Assembly (NCBI GenBank): GCA_964016885.1
Contig: OZ024758.1
Span: 11,842,001-11,906,000 of the forward strand
Direction of reading: 5' to 3'
DNA: 64,000 bases
Source: Eledone cirrhosa
Lineage: Eukaryota
Position numbers and translations under genes: made by a program. Shown piece after piece: positions 45,425-58,812 of the stretch (within the stretch, counting starts at the first letter, position 1; every line of letters begins with the position of its first letter). The notes below the pieces were generated by a model, which saw nothing but the letters and a program-made list of their open reading frames with translations, was not told where the DNA came from and searched no databases.

Positions 45425-46259
45425 GTATATAATAATTCTATATCTTAAGGATGAAGTATATCTGTGCTAATGGCTTGAATATCAGCATCGACAATGCATA
45501 AATCAAATAATAGAAAAAGCCACTCTAATATTATATGAAATACAATGTAAAAAAAGGAGATATTACTAGTATTACGTCAATGATTACGTGTGAGGCAAAT
45601 ATAATATAAACATTATCGTAATGGATATGTAAAATAAAAAACTTTATCACCCGAAGAAGTTAGCACAAAAAAAAATATATATATATCTATATATAAAAAT
45701 GAGTATTTATTATATAGTTAAGGAGAGGTGAAATGGTAGTGAGAATTAATATAGATCTGGAAAATAATTATAAATACATTTACTATATTTAAAGCAAAAT
45801 GATTTTATTCGCACATTTTATTGACAAGAAAAATAAGTTGATTGTATCATTCAATTGCAAATCTACTTTAAAAGATCTGTATTATGTAACACGACAATAG
45901 ATTTGATAAAACTAAAAGAAACTTTAGTGCAAAGAAAGTTAATAGAAATTTACTTTATGTATTGCGCAGAATTACACGATTTGGATAGAAAGATATTTAC
46001 GGATTGGCTAGAGATCAATTATAGAAAAGAAAATCATAATTCACTGTTATACAAGAATAACTTACATTTATCAGGGAAGAATTGAATTGTGCAGAATTAT
46101 GGAAGCTTGTTGAGTTTAGGGGTTGTAGTAGGTTTTGATATTAGATTTATGTTTTAATACATTTACAGGGAAGCATAAAAATGTGCAGAATTATGGAAGC
46201 TTGTAGCGTTTAGGGGTTGTAGTATGTTTCAATATAATTTTAAAGTATAATATGTTTGG

Positions 46260-47030
46260 TTTATGTAAGATGAAATCAAGCCAGAATGGTTATTGAATAA
46301 ATTTTAATTTGGAATATAAAGGTTGCACACGATATAATGTTAGTCGTTAAGCATATATTTGAAACGGAATTTTGATTGTTGGCGTTAGTTAATATTAAAA
46401 AGTGAGGTTGTGTACAAGTAGTGGGATGAAGATAAATGGGTGGCTTTATGGTAGCTGGTTCTGAGAGTTGTACAGAATATTAAATTTTTGCTAAGAGATT
46501 TCTGTGCTACATTTGCTACCATTTAGGATCTAGCATTTGCAGGGTATTTGGTTATCGGGTTAGTCCCTTAGATTCCTTTTGTTACTGGATGCAAAATGCA
46601 TGAAATGAATATTGATATTTTACGCTAGGTTATTTTCATGTTGTTTTTATCGAATGCTTTTTTTATGTTAATTGTTCTTCAGGGGGAATTGTTTATTTAG
46701 AAGCTCCATGAATAGCTCCATCCATGGTTGGTGATTTGATGTGAATATTGTAGGAGTTATTATGAAGTAATAATCTTTTAAAACTTTATAAATATATTTA
46801 CGTGTGTCTATCGTGCTAGGACCATTATATTTCGTCCTTGAATTCACTTCTACTTTGGGTAAGTGACTGTTTCTTGAACAGACTCTTTCGCTTGAATACG
46901 TTTTCCTAATCAATCTTCTGTCAGGATTTGCGACTAGTTTAAGAATGTATGCATATATTGTAGACAACTTGTTATGTCTTTTAGGAGTGTATGATGGTAT
47001 TTCTTTCAAGAATTGAACATAAAAGTAAGG
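46260..47030 (-). mobile_element. Heavily decayed Penelope-like element (RT thumb/linker to GIY-YIG region)
   Basis: Minus-strand remnants LFMELLNKQFPLKNN, KKAFDKNNMKIT and PCKC...C resemble PLE motifs FL.L..KHFP, KIFN....K.SY and CNC...CP; many stops. Confidence 0.45.
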
Positions 47031-47079
47031 AGTTCTAGTTGGTTTCTACTATTATCTTTAAGCTGATGCCTTACAAATA

Positions 47080-47162
47080 CAGGGTGTTCCAAAGAATGTA
47101 TACACACTTCAACAATATTCTAATAAATATTGTCAGTACAGGTAAAATAATTGTATATACAT
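47080..47162. mobile_element. Same MITE family, one end lost
   Basis: TA-CAGGGTGTTCC start plus the shared internal sequence. Confidence 0.6.
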
Positions 47163-47730
47163 CATTTTATTCAGTAGAATAGTAAAATAGTAAAATAGTA
47201 AAATAGTAAAATCTAAGGTCTTTTTTATCCAATTAATTTCCGAATTGTAAAATAGTAATTAAATTCCATACATACTGATAATGGTTTTAGTAAAGGGGAT
47301 GGCTTTATTGATAAGTTTGGTAATGAATGGATGATTATTAGTTATGTAGGATTGCATGAGGAAGCAATCGTTTAAACAATGGAGAGATTTAAACAAATTA
47401 ATAATTAGATTGAGCTAGACAAAGTTGGAGACTATAGTGATGCGTATTCTAAGAAAATACGGAATGAACGTCATAACACACCATATATTTGTTATTCTTT
47501 GTCTTATGCATTTCGTTGACAGTGCAGTTTTGCAAGTTGTCTGTGCAATTGTTAACATATTTTTTTAATCCTTTCATAAAAGCCATATTCCTAAACTACC
47601 TAGAGGGTATTGGTCACAGAGTTTAATGAAACCTAGTCAGTGAGATTTTTTATGTTTTCTTTTGAGAATTGGCTGTTAGACATTTTTCAAAGTGGAATTA
47701 TTTCCGGCTGGCACACTTACAGATACACAC

Positions 47731-47851
<121 letters not shown>

Positions 47852-47921
47852 TGTATATATATAAATATATATAATTATATATATTTGTTTTCATAATTGC
47901 AGACGAATCGAATATTATTAT

Positions 47922-48452
47922 GGCGGTAGATTGGCAGTATCGGTAGAGGGTCGGACGCCATGTTTTCTAGCATAGTTACGTCCCTTTACAGTCTGAGTTC
48001 AAATCTCGCCGAGGTTAACTTTGCCTTTCATCCTTACGGGGTCGATAAAATAAAGTACCAGTAATACACTGGGTAATTTGCTGGCCTTGTGCCTAACGTA
48101 GAAACAATTATTAATATTCGTCCCTTTACGATCTGCGGTCAAATCCCGCCGAGGTTGACTTTGCCTTTCATCCTTACTGGGTCGACAAAATGCACTGGGT
48201 AATTGCTGGCCTTGTGCCTAAAGTAGAAACAATTATTAATATTCGAAAAACTACTCAGATTACATTGTGGATTGGCAGTATCGGTAGAGGGTCGGACACC
48301 ATTCTTTCCAGCATAGAGTTACGTCCCTTTATAATCTGAGTTCAAATCCCGCCGCGGTTAACTTTGCCTTTCATCCTTACTGGGTCGATAAAATAAAGTA
48401 CCAGTAATGCAGTGGATTATTGCCGGCCTTGTGCCAAAAGTAGAAACAATTA
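47922..48452 (+). mobile_element. SINE family A, three head-to-tail copies (middle one partial)
   Basis: Starts at 47922, about 48118 and about 48267. Confidence 0.88.
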
Positions 48453-48462
48453 TATATATATA

Positions 48463-48479
48463 TGAGCTCTGCCTTCGGG

Positions 48480-48517
<38 letters not shown>

Positions 48518-48694
48518 CCTGAAGGCAGAGCTCAAGCGTTTCGACGGCTATTTCTGGACTGAAATAGCCGTCGAAACAGCTTGAGCTCTGCCGTCGGGGG
48601 TCATACATTTCCTATTACCCACTCTACTAACCTAAGTATTGAGTACTCTGGTGCGTTATGGTCCATCTGGTTCCTTACCACACCTCCTTCGTTA
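48463..48694. repeat. Second copy of the palindromic element plus an extra inversion across (TA)n
   Basis: gagctcaagc-gtttcgacggctatttc / gaaatagccgtcgaaacagcttgagctc, and the shared tail cctattacccactctac...ccttcgtta. Confidence 0.85.
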
Positions 48695-48755
48695 TATATA
48701 TATATATATGTGTGTGTATGTGTGTGTGTGTGTCTATGTGTGTGTGTATGTGTGT

Positions 48756-48833
<78 letters not shown>

Positions 48834-50094
48834 TTGACTGGTGAGAGAAAAGTGTAGTCAATCTAGAAGTAGTGTTTCAATGTTCCTTTTATTATAGCTA
48901 CATACGTCTTGTTGCTCTACACTCTAGAGTAACAAACTCTGTGTGGACTCACACAACGAATTACTGAATTAATAAACTGTCTGCATGAAAGTAAATGTAC
49001 AATGTTTAAGTACAAACATTTCAGTGTAATGCCCGAGGAAAGATAAAACCATTCCTGATAGTTCTACAGTTAATCGTTTCTGATACTAAAGACATATTAA
49101 CAATGTATAGACATGTTAATCTAACGCTTATTTAGTCAATTGCTACCATCCAACGGGTGTATCTCACACACATTCTGCAGCGAACTAGCTATAGCAACAA
49201 AGTTATTTCATTTCAACGGGTGCATCTCTTGCAAAAGTGTATTCTAGTTTCACATCACTATACAAACGCAATGTATCAGAGATTCATTTAGACTACATTA
49301 ACACTGAAAATCCTCTTTGAAATTAAATACATTATGTTGATGCCTATGTACAACTATAGGTATATGAGACCTGTATATACCAGATATATTTAGCAGGGAG
49401 AGATAGAGCCCATGGCAGTGGAAGTTTGGGTCATTTACGTTCGGACCTGGTTCACTGACATACACTCACACTGAAGCATTTTGGTTTTTGCTTAGACTGA
49501 TATAGCAACCTTGCTACTCATTTCATACAAACAATTTTTTAAACATTCCAAGTTTGACTCCCTAATCAGATTACCTTCAATAACTACCTGATTCAATCTA
49601 CATTTTTCCTGCAGTCATACATAATGAATTCTATTGAAATGAACTTTCCATATATACAATCTTAAAATTTAATATTTTTGCTTCTAGTTCATTGATATAT
49701 TCTACAATTTGTCACAAAATTATTCATAAATATATATATATCAGGAGAAGTAACCAGTGACATTTGATTTAAATGTATAAACTCACGTCTATTGTTTGTA
49801 CGAAAGAATTCCTATAAATATTTTACAATATTACTCAGGAATAATTACATATTTTTGATGCTATTTTCTTCAATAAAAATATTCAATTACCAATATTAAT
49901 TGTAATTGTACGAACGTAATTTGTGTAATGTTTCTCTTCCAATATGGAGTGGCTAAGAATAGATTAATGCTGAACATGCTTCATGTGATAATATGAGCCA
50001 AGCATTCGAAAGGAAATATTTGACGGCCTATCAAAACCTTGCCATCATACATATGTTCCTTCACTCTTTCACCATAATCTATATGTTGATAAAA

Positions 50095-50296
50095 AAAATA
50101 ATATTTAATATTCGAAAACCAAGAAGCGGTGACACACGTCATTCTCTGTTTCGTGAATTGACTACATGAAGTAAAATTGTGACAGGTGGGTTTTAATTCA
50201 TATATATATATATACATGCAGGGTATTTCCTAAAAATGTATACTCACTTCAACAGCATTATAATAAAGATTACCTGTACAGGTTATCAAATTGTGT

Positions 50297-50364
<68 letters not shown>

Positions 50365-50475
50365 GTGTCCCAAATAAAATGTAAACACACTTTGATACCC
50401 TGTACAGGTAATCTTTATTAGAATGCTGTTGAAGTGAGTATACATTTTTAGGAAATACCCTGCATGTATATATAT

Positions 50476-50534
<59 letters not shown>

Positions 50535-50637
50535 ATTAAATCCCACCTGTCACAATCTTACTTCATGTAGTCAATTCACGAAATAAAGAGTGACGTGTGT
50601 CACCGCCTCTTGGTTTTCGAATATTAAATATTATTTT
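50095..50637. repeat. ~540-bp inverted duplication centred on (TA)n, each arm containing a MITE copy
   Basis: 50095-50300 is reverse-complementary to 50380-50637 apart from TA-tract length and several substitutions. Confidence 0.88.
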
Positions 50638-50900
50638 ATACATATACATATATATATATACATATATATATGTATATATATATGTATGTATATATATATA
50701 TACGTATATATATGTATATATATGTATACATATGTATATATATACATATATATAATATACATATGTATATGTATATATATGTGTATATATATATATATAT
50801 ATAATATACATATATATATATACATATATATAATATACATATATATATATACATATATATAATATACATATATATACATATATATATCTCGTATATATAC

Positions 50901-50934
<34 letters not shown>

Positions 50935-51316
50935 ATATACATATATATATAAATATATATATATAGTTATATATATATATATATTTGTATTAATCTTCAG
51001 AATCTAGCTATTAACCAGTTAATTTTTGTGATTTTCTTAGTTAATTCTATTGACTAATTAATACCTCCTGTTAATTTTTAAAACCATTCTGTTGAGAGCT
51101 TAATTCGTTTTGTGATTTGTTGCAATAACACACATACAGAATTCATCCGACAAGTATTGGGGCTGTCCCGCTTATCACATCCCACGTGGGTTTTGATTCT
51201 CAGTGTGTTTGGCCTTTAACCTACGTTGTTGGTCTAGTTCACTAGCTTCTATGGAGCGCTTGCCACAAAGTTGTTTTTCGCCAATAGCCGAAATGCGATT
51301 CTTGCTAATTTATATT

Positions 51317-51351
<35 letters not shown>

Positions 51352-51563
51352 AGGAAGTTATAGTTCACTTGAAGCATTGTGTAATGAGGTATAAACGTTT
51401 GTATATGTATAATAAAGCCAAAACAATGCAGGTATGGACATAGAATAAAGAATGCAAATGCAAAAGATATTGTTGACAATTAGTCTTTTACCTTAGATTT
51501 ATTTAAATGTCCTTAATTTTCGAGATAATATCTCTTCTTCCGAGGGAAGTAAAGCGGTTAAAC

Positions 51564-51622
51564 CAGTGTTCTAAATAGCTTGCCAAGTCAGGTATTGACT
51601 TGGCAAGCTATTTAGAACACTG
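51564..51622. repeat. Perfect 27-bp hairpin, 5-nt loop
   Basis: cagtgttctaaatagcttgccaagtca-ggtat-tgacttggcaagctatttagaacactg. Confidence 0.92.
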
Positions 51623-51737
51623 CTATTTTACCATCACAGAGAATTGGTTTTTAGTGTTTAGTAATGTTGTGAGTTGTTTTGTCTTGTGGTGTGTGAGTTT
51701 ATATATGTGTATGTTTATGTGGGGTTATATTTGCAGC

Positions 51738-51885
51738 CCCTGAATTCAAATCCGGCCGAGGTAACTTTGCCTTTCATCCTTACGGGGTCGATAAACTGAA
51801 GTACCAGTAATGCATTGAGGTCGATTTAATCAACTTTTCCCTCCTCCCAAATTGATGGATATGTGTCTATAGCAGAAATCATTAT
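51738..51885 (+). mobile_element. SINE family A (long form, degenerate)
   Basis: B box and central domain. Confidence 0.75.
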
Positions 51886-52782
51886 TACTTTGATTATTAA
51901 TGCACAATATATATTATAATATATGAGCTAGTGTATATAAAGTTACATGCTAAACGAAGGGGTAATATAAACTGCTATCATTGCTTTTTGTATTTGATAT
52001 ATTAAAATAGCATATACTGTGCATATTCCTTTTAATAAGATTTCCTTGAACGTCAGACGGCAATGCTGAAATATTATACCATATTGAATTCACAACCAAA
52101 TTTCTGTCTAATACCTCTGTACATCTACTTTCCTTTATCTTTTTGATTTGTATGTAAAGTAACATTCTATTGGCTAGGAGCTTATTGTTCTTTTGGACAT
52201 CAAACGCAAGAAATTGCTGACATGATATTTTCAATACTGTAATACAGATTTGCCTCATTATGCTTCGGTTATCTTCAGATAATATGTTTAATATTATATT
52301 TAACTGTAGGAATGCATTTATACGAAATCAAGGCCTTTTAAATGTTTATTATTATTTACATCTAAAATATATGCGTCCATGATTTCCCTTTGTAATTCCA
52401 ATTTTTAACATATCCAGATATTTAGACACATTTTTTGAAAAAAAATGCTTTTTAGAAAAATGAACGAGTTTATTAACCTAGAATACAAATGTATCTGGCT
52501 TGCAGTTCAAAGCAAATTAATGCTCGTTTCGTTCGAAACCAAAGGAATGTTTTCCCCCTGATTATAAAAGCATATTTGAAAAGTTTTCTAATCTATGCAA
52601 ATAGAGAATTCTGTTATATAATTTAATAATACTAATACATTAAAAGATCAAACTTTAAAAATGTGTTTGAACACGAGAAAGTTTACAGAAAACAACTTAA
52701 TTAAGGCATACATCTAGACACGGTACTTATTTAGATAATTTAACTACACCACTCTAAAATTAATGGCCTTACACACACACAT

Positions 52783-52816
<34 letters not shown>

Positions 52817-52999
52817 ATGTATTATATATATGTATATATATTATATATATGTATATATATTATATATATATGTATATATATTATATATATGTATATATGT
52901 ATTATATCTATCTATCTATATATATATTATATATACTCTTTTACCCTTTTACCTGTTTCAGCCATCCGGCTGAGGCCATGCTGGGGCACCGCCCTTGGA

Positions 53000-53048
<49 letters not shown>

Positions 53049-53378
53049 GTATATATATATATATATATATTATGAGTGTGGGAGAGGTACCAACAGCTCA
53101 TTTCCAGAGTAGAGAACGCTCTTTGCAATTAATGTTTGAGAATGAAATTTCCACAAAATTCAAATTTCAATGGGATTAGACGAAATATAGTTTTCATTTT
53201 ACAAAAACATATAAATTCTATATATATAATATCTGATTGTGAGTGGGTGTGTGTGTGTCAGTGAAACATGTACATATAATCCAGATCCGAACACAAAGGA
53301 ATCGTTCTCAAAACATTAGATTTAAATAATGAGAATCTATTGTTAGGAAATGTTAGGTGGGAAGGTTTGGTGGGGTAA

Positions 53379-53537
53379 ACCATTGTCCTACAATATATAT
53401 GTTAATTCCAGATTTGTATTAATTCCAATTGTAATAGCTTGTCTTAGGTAAAAATATTGAATGGTTTGTTGCAGATACTGCAGAAACAGGAGGTAATTCT
53501 GACTCAACTGAATGTTTACATGACACAGCAAGTATCA
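53379..53537 (+). repeat. ~165-bp direct duplication, copy 1 (interrupted by the Helitron; continues at 55749-55756)
   Basis: accattgtcctaca...cacagcaagtatca matches 55776-55934 with a few substitutions. Confidence 0.9.
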
Positions 53538-55748
53538 TCTTTATATATATAAAAGCGAGGATGTGTGTGTCTGTGTACAACTTTGCATGCTTTCACAATT
53601 GCCAACTGAATTTGACCAAATTTTCTGTGCACGTTGCACACGTCGCTAAAATTGTCACATCACAAACATTTTTCAAATCGACCCACATTGAGCAATAAAA
53701 AATCGATATCACAATTATCGGTAGAAAAATTGATGTAAGGGAGGTAACAAACTTTATTGACAATCCTTATAAAAAAGGGAGATAACCTTTTACCCAAATA
53801 TGCCCCGTAAAAGAAAGTATGCACATATTGGCTATCGGTCGAAGAAAATAATGCGTGTAAATGACGCTCCGCCGATAACCGAAAATAGACAATCACTAAA
53901 TACGGTGAGTACAGTTATTGCAACATCTTTCTCCGCCGCTGAGCGTCGGTTAGTGCGGCAAACCAATAATGCTAAAGCAACTGCTGCAGCACGAGCTGCA
54001 GAGACTACAGAGCAACGTGAAACACGCCATGCTATGGATGCTACAGATACTGCTGCAGTAAGATCTGCAGAGACAGTTCAAACATATGAAAAGCAGCAAC
54101 TGTGCTCCCTCGTGGAAGGACGGCACATTCAGTTTTTAAATTGCCCATTGATTTGGCAACATTGGAAACTCCTACTTGTCATATCACCAAAGACTCCGAA
54201 AGGGCTCATCTGCTGCGAAGGTGTCTGGGATGAGTGCACAATGGCGCACAAAAGTGCTCTTGAGGCACTAGACATATCTTTGCAAAACATACGGGATTGC
54301 AGTGATGTTATGGGGGTGTCACCCTTCTGCTTTCAGGAGACTTCAGACAGACTCTTCCTATAATACCGAAAGGAACAAGAGCAGATGCGGTAAATGCATG
54401 TCTTAAGTCTTCACCATTGTGGCGACAAGTGACATCATTAAGACTAACTACCAACATGCGTGCAAAGTTGCACGGGGACCCTCTGTCATCAACATTTTCT
54501 GGAGACATTGTTACAATAGAAGATGGTAACCTACCTCCGAATACAGATGGACACATAGCAATTGATCACATCTGCAATGTATTTGAAACTGTCGATGATC
54601 TCAAGGCGAGTGTATTCCCGAAATTGCGTGATAACTATACGAATCTCGATTGGCTATGCGAAAGAGCCATTCTTGCCCCCAAAAATATCACGGTTAGCTG
54701 TATTAACGATCAGCTTCTTCAGCTTCTTCCTGGATGTCCACTGATATATAAATCGATGGATATTGTATGTGATCCACAGGATGCGGTCAATTATCCAGTT
54801 GAATTTCTAAATTCTTTAAATCCTCCTGGTATACCTCCTAATACATTGGTTCTGAAAGAGGGAACACCAGTTATTTTGCTGAGAAATATCACTCCTCCAA
54901 AACTATGCAATGGTACACGCCTTGTGGTTAAAAAACTGTCTCCACTTAGTATTGACGCTACCATTCTATCAGGATGTGGAAAAGGCGAGGATGTGATAAT
55001 AACAAAAATTAGCCTGACCACATCAGGCGTGGATACTCCGTTCTCCTTTCGCCGAACCCAATTTCCCCTTCGTGTTGCCTTTGCGATGTCCAAAAACAAG
55101 TCGCAAGGTCAAACTCTGTCCGTCGCTGGAATTCACTTGGATGAACCTTGCTTTTCGCACGGACAATTCTACGTTGCCTGCTCATGAGTTGGCAGTCGAG
55201 ATAATCTCTTTGCGTTTGTTCCGAAAAGAAAAACAAAGAATATCGTCTATCCGGAAGTGCTTTAGTGTTAACAAAAAGAAAAATGATTACAGCACTGCCT
55301 TGACTTCACCTTACTCATTACAAAACATACCAATGAATATGTCATGCAGGATATTTTGGATTATAAGTTAAAAATTTAACCATACACAGCAAAGGATGGT
55401 CTCAAAGAATAGATTTTCTCTTATTCTATTCTCATTGTTTTTTTGTTTTTATCCAACTCTGCTTTCATACACAACTTTTTGTACTTTTGCAAAACTGCCT
55501 GTTTTTTTTACAGATTTGCAACGTGTATTGTCTTTAATCATTTGTATAACTACATCCTGTTCAGTGTTTTCCTTCATTATCAGCATAGTTTTAAGTGTAC
55601 AAAGATTGCATTAAATATTCGTTTGCATTAATTATTGAAGACTTCTGCTTATTTTGACAGGTTGTGGACAAATAATGTTCTTTTACTTCCTAGCTGTATA
55701 CTCTTAGCATAATTTCAAACCCCGAACAACGCCGGGTAAATCTGCTAC
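53538..55748 (+). mobile_element. Internally deleted (non-autonomous) Helitron
   Basis: 5' TC start (TCTTTATATATATAAAAG), subterminal hairpin CCCGAACAACGCCGGG (55721-55736), CTAC end (CTRR variant), inserted between A and T with no TSD. Contains PIF1-type helicase remnants. The empty site is visible at 55929-55942. Confidence 0.9.
53800..55265 (+). pseudogene. Helitron Rep/Helicase pseudogene: N-terminus fused to a frameshifted PIF1-family SF1 helicase C-terminal part
   Basis: MPRKRK start and RAAETTEQRETR repeat-like segment. Helicase motifs GRTAHSVFKLP, WDECTMAHK, GDFRQTLP, ERAILAPKN, LLRNITPPKLCNGTRL, QFPLRVAFAMSKNKSQGQTL, HGQFYVACS* lie across different frames with a premature stop. No HUH Rep domain or Walker A seen. 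Confidence 0.88.
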
Positions 55749-55775
55749 TACTAAATAATAATAATAATTGTTTCG

Positions 55776-55942
55776 ACCATTGTCCTACAGTATATGGGTT
55801 AATTCCAGATTTCTGTCAATTCCAATTGTAATAGCTTGTCTTAGGTAAAAATATTGAATGGTTTGTTGCAGATACTGCAGAAACAGGTGGCAATTCTGAC
55901 TCAACTGAATGTTTACATGACACAGCAAGTATCATACTAAAT
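55776..55942 (+). repeat. ~165-bp direct duplication, copy 2 (Helitron-free site)
   Basis: Reads ...gcaagtatca|tactaaat contiguously. Confidence 0.9.
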
Positions 55943-56040
55943 GTGCAATACACCCATGAGCGACAACGAAATGCTGAGTAAAGAGATGATGATGATGATG
56001 ATAAAATGATAATAATAAAAAAAAAAAATAATAATAGAAA

Positions 56041-56642
56041 TAATTGTTTCTACATTTGGCACAAGGCCAGCAATTACCTAGTACATTACATGTACTTTAT
56101 TTTATCGACCCCGTAGGGATGACAGGCAAAGTCAACCTCGGCGGGATTTGAACTCAGATGGTAAAGGGACGTAACTATGCTGGAAATCATGGCGTCCGAC
56201 CCTCTACCGATACTGCCAATCCACCGCCCTATAATAGAAATAATAATAATAGAAATAATAATAATAATTGTGTCTACTTTTGGCACAAGGCAAGCAATTT
56301 TCTCAGTGAATTACTAGTCCTTTGTTTTATCGACCCCGTAAGGATGAAAGGCAAAACTAACCTCAGCGGGATTTGAACTCAGACCATAAAGGGACGTAAC
56401 TCTATCATCCAAAGCATGGTGTTAATCCCTCTATCGATACTATAAATCCACCGCTTTATAATAATAATGATTGTTTCTACTTTTGGCACAAGGCCAGCAA
56501 TTATCTGGTACTTTATTTTATCGAACCCGGTAAGGATGAAAGGCAAAGTTAACCTTGGCGGGATTTGAACTCAGATCGTAAAGGGACGTAACTACACTGG
56601 AAAGCATGTCCGACCCTCTACCGATACTGCCAATTCACCACC
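56041..56642 (-). mobile_element. SINE family A, three head-to-tail copies
   Basis: 56041-56229, 56265-56454 and 56468-56642, separated by (AAT)n. Confidence 0.9.
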
Positions 56643-58005
56643 ATATAATAATACTATAATAATAATAATAATAAATTACAAGAAGGAAGAGGAAAAGAAA
56701 GAAGGCACGAAAGAGGATTAGTAGGAAGAGAATAGTAGTAGTAGTAGTAGTAGTAGTAAGAGAAGTAAGAGTAGAACAAGTTTTAAATTCAAAGGGAGAA
56801 AGTCGTTAAAGTCTAATAAATAATGTAAAATTGATAAATGATTGTGGGCGACGAATAATGTTGATTGATGGTGTATAATGTAGATTTAAATACTAGAAAT
56901 TATTCAAGTAGTATGTCACATGTCATTGATGAATAGAAAATCAAGTCTAATGAAAGAGAGGAAATGATAAATATTAGAATATAAAATGACATGTCGGATG
57001 CTATATAATTAGTTATTGCAGTTAAGATTGAAGATAAATCGTAATTAAAATCGGAAGTCCGATGTTCTCATCGCTTAGTAATAATATAGAATATAAAAGG
57101 TATTAAGGTAGCCAAGGAATGTGATCTGCGTGAGTCTTTGAGACTTGGTGTCGTCGCACTGCGTTTCTTATAAAATATTGGAGGTTGCATTTCAGAAATC
57201 GTTGTTGCTATTTGGAGTCAAATACGGAATCTGATAATTAATTTTGGTTATCAATATATCAGACAGAGTTAATGAATTGATATTTAATGTATAAGTTGTA
57301 AAACCAAATGCAAGGAGACCCAGGGGGTAGATAGACCCCGAGCTGGTCTTACTTGACGATCCAGCCGGATCAGTTGGAGATGGTTGGTTCTAACAGTACC
57401 CTTTTGATGAAATGTTTGAGGACTCTGGCCCCACGACCCTCTCATGAATAAGTGAGCGGTGAAGAAGTGTTAATGTAAGTTTTTTTAAATATCTGTCTGT
57501 ATGATGCAGAAAATCAATTATATATAGTTCAGTGATTGACTGTTTCAAAATATTTGCCTGATTAATTAATTTGTTTAAATCCTGGTTTGAACCTTATATT
57601 TTACCAATATCGATGTAGATGAGTGGGTTAGGGTTGCTTAGGATGTGGCAACAAAATACAGCAAATTATATCCGTCTGTTTTGTGACAGTTGTATAGCCG
57701 TGGTTGTTTGAAATGGTAGTTATTTCAGCTTGTTTGTTGGTTAGATGAGATGTAATTTACGGTGGCTTATTGTAGAATATTTCGTAACTGCATATATGTA
57801 CTGTTTCATTTTCATTTGTTTTATTATTACAAATATTCCCTTTCCTATATTACTCTCAATTGAGCATTAACATTTAATTAGTACCACTTGCCGTTACTTT
57901 GATAATTAATAATCCTTCAAATTTACGTGGATAATGATATATTATTCTTTTAACTTCATTAGTATCAAAATATAGGACTATTTCAGGAAATACAACTTCA
58001 CTACC

Positions 58006-58067
<62 letters not shown>

Positions 58068-58072
58068 TATAT

Positions 58073-58290
58073 CTAGGGCGGGTACAATTCCCGAGATCCA
58101 TGGACGAGTTCTCTCCAGCGGTCTCTGTCCCTCATTATCGCTGCCATGTCCTGCATCTCCAACAGACCAGTGTCTGTCCTTAGGACATCAACATACGTTA
58201 ACCTTGGTCTTCCTCTTCCAGTGTGTCCATGTAGGGGCTCCCAGAGGAGCACTGGGTGCAATGTCAACTCTGGATGTCGGTGAGCAAGGT
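58073..58290 (-). mobile_element. RTE/RTE-X LINE 3' end, 5'-truncated, ending at a (TA)n tract
   Basis: VLLWEPLHGHTGRGRPRLTYVDVLRTDTGL...MRDRDRWR is a typical RTE ORF C-terminus; GC content is far above the surroundings. Confidence 0.75.
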
Positions 58291-58426
58291 AATCCGATTA
58301 GAGGTTGTGAAAACGTCTTATCATGAATAGTTTAAGCGTACGGCGTTGTAAGACTGAACAAGAGGTTTACGTGGATGACGAGTTTATGACTTCACTTGCC
58401 TGTGTAAGTATATCTTGGAGAAATAA

Positions 58427-58671
58427 AATTGAAAAATTGAAGAATAACATGGCCAACAGGAAATTTAATTACAGTTTAACAATTGTTTCTATGATAGAGT
58501 TGTCTAAAAATTGTTAAACACAGAAGGACAGAGATATGTATTTTAAATTAAGTGACATTACCTTCTGTGTTTAGCAATTTTTAGACAACTCCATCATAGA
58601 AACAATTGTTTTACTGTAAATAAATTTCCTTGTTGATACTGTCGACCATGTTTTTCTTCAATTTTTCAATT
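58427..58671. repeat. Imperfect inverted repeat, ~100-bp arms, 33-bp spacer
   Basis: 58427-58527 pairs with 58561-58671. Confidence 0.85.
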
Positions 58672-58781
58672 CTCTCTCTCTCTCTCTTTCTATATATATA
58701 AATATATATATATATTAAAATAACAGATTAAAGTTTAAGCAACGAATCGCTGCTTTCACCCTTAACGGGTTCCTCTGAAAC

Positions 58782-58812
<31 letters not shown>

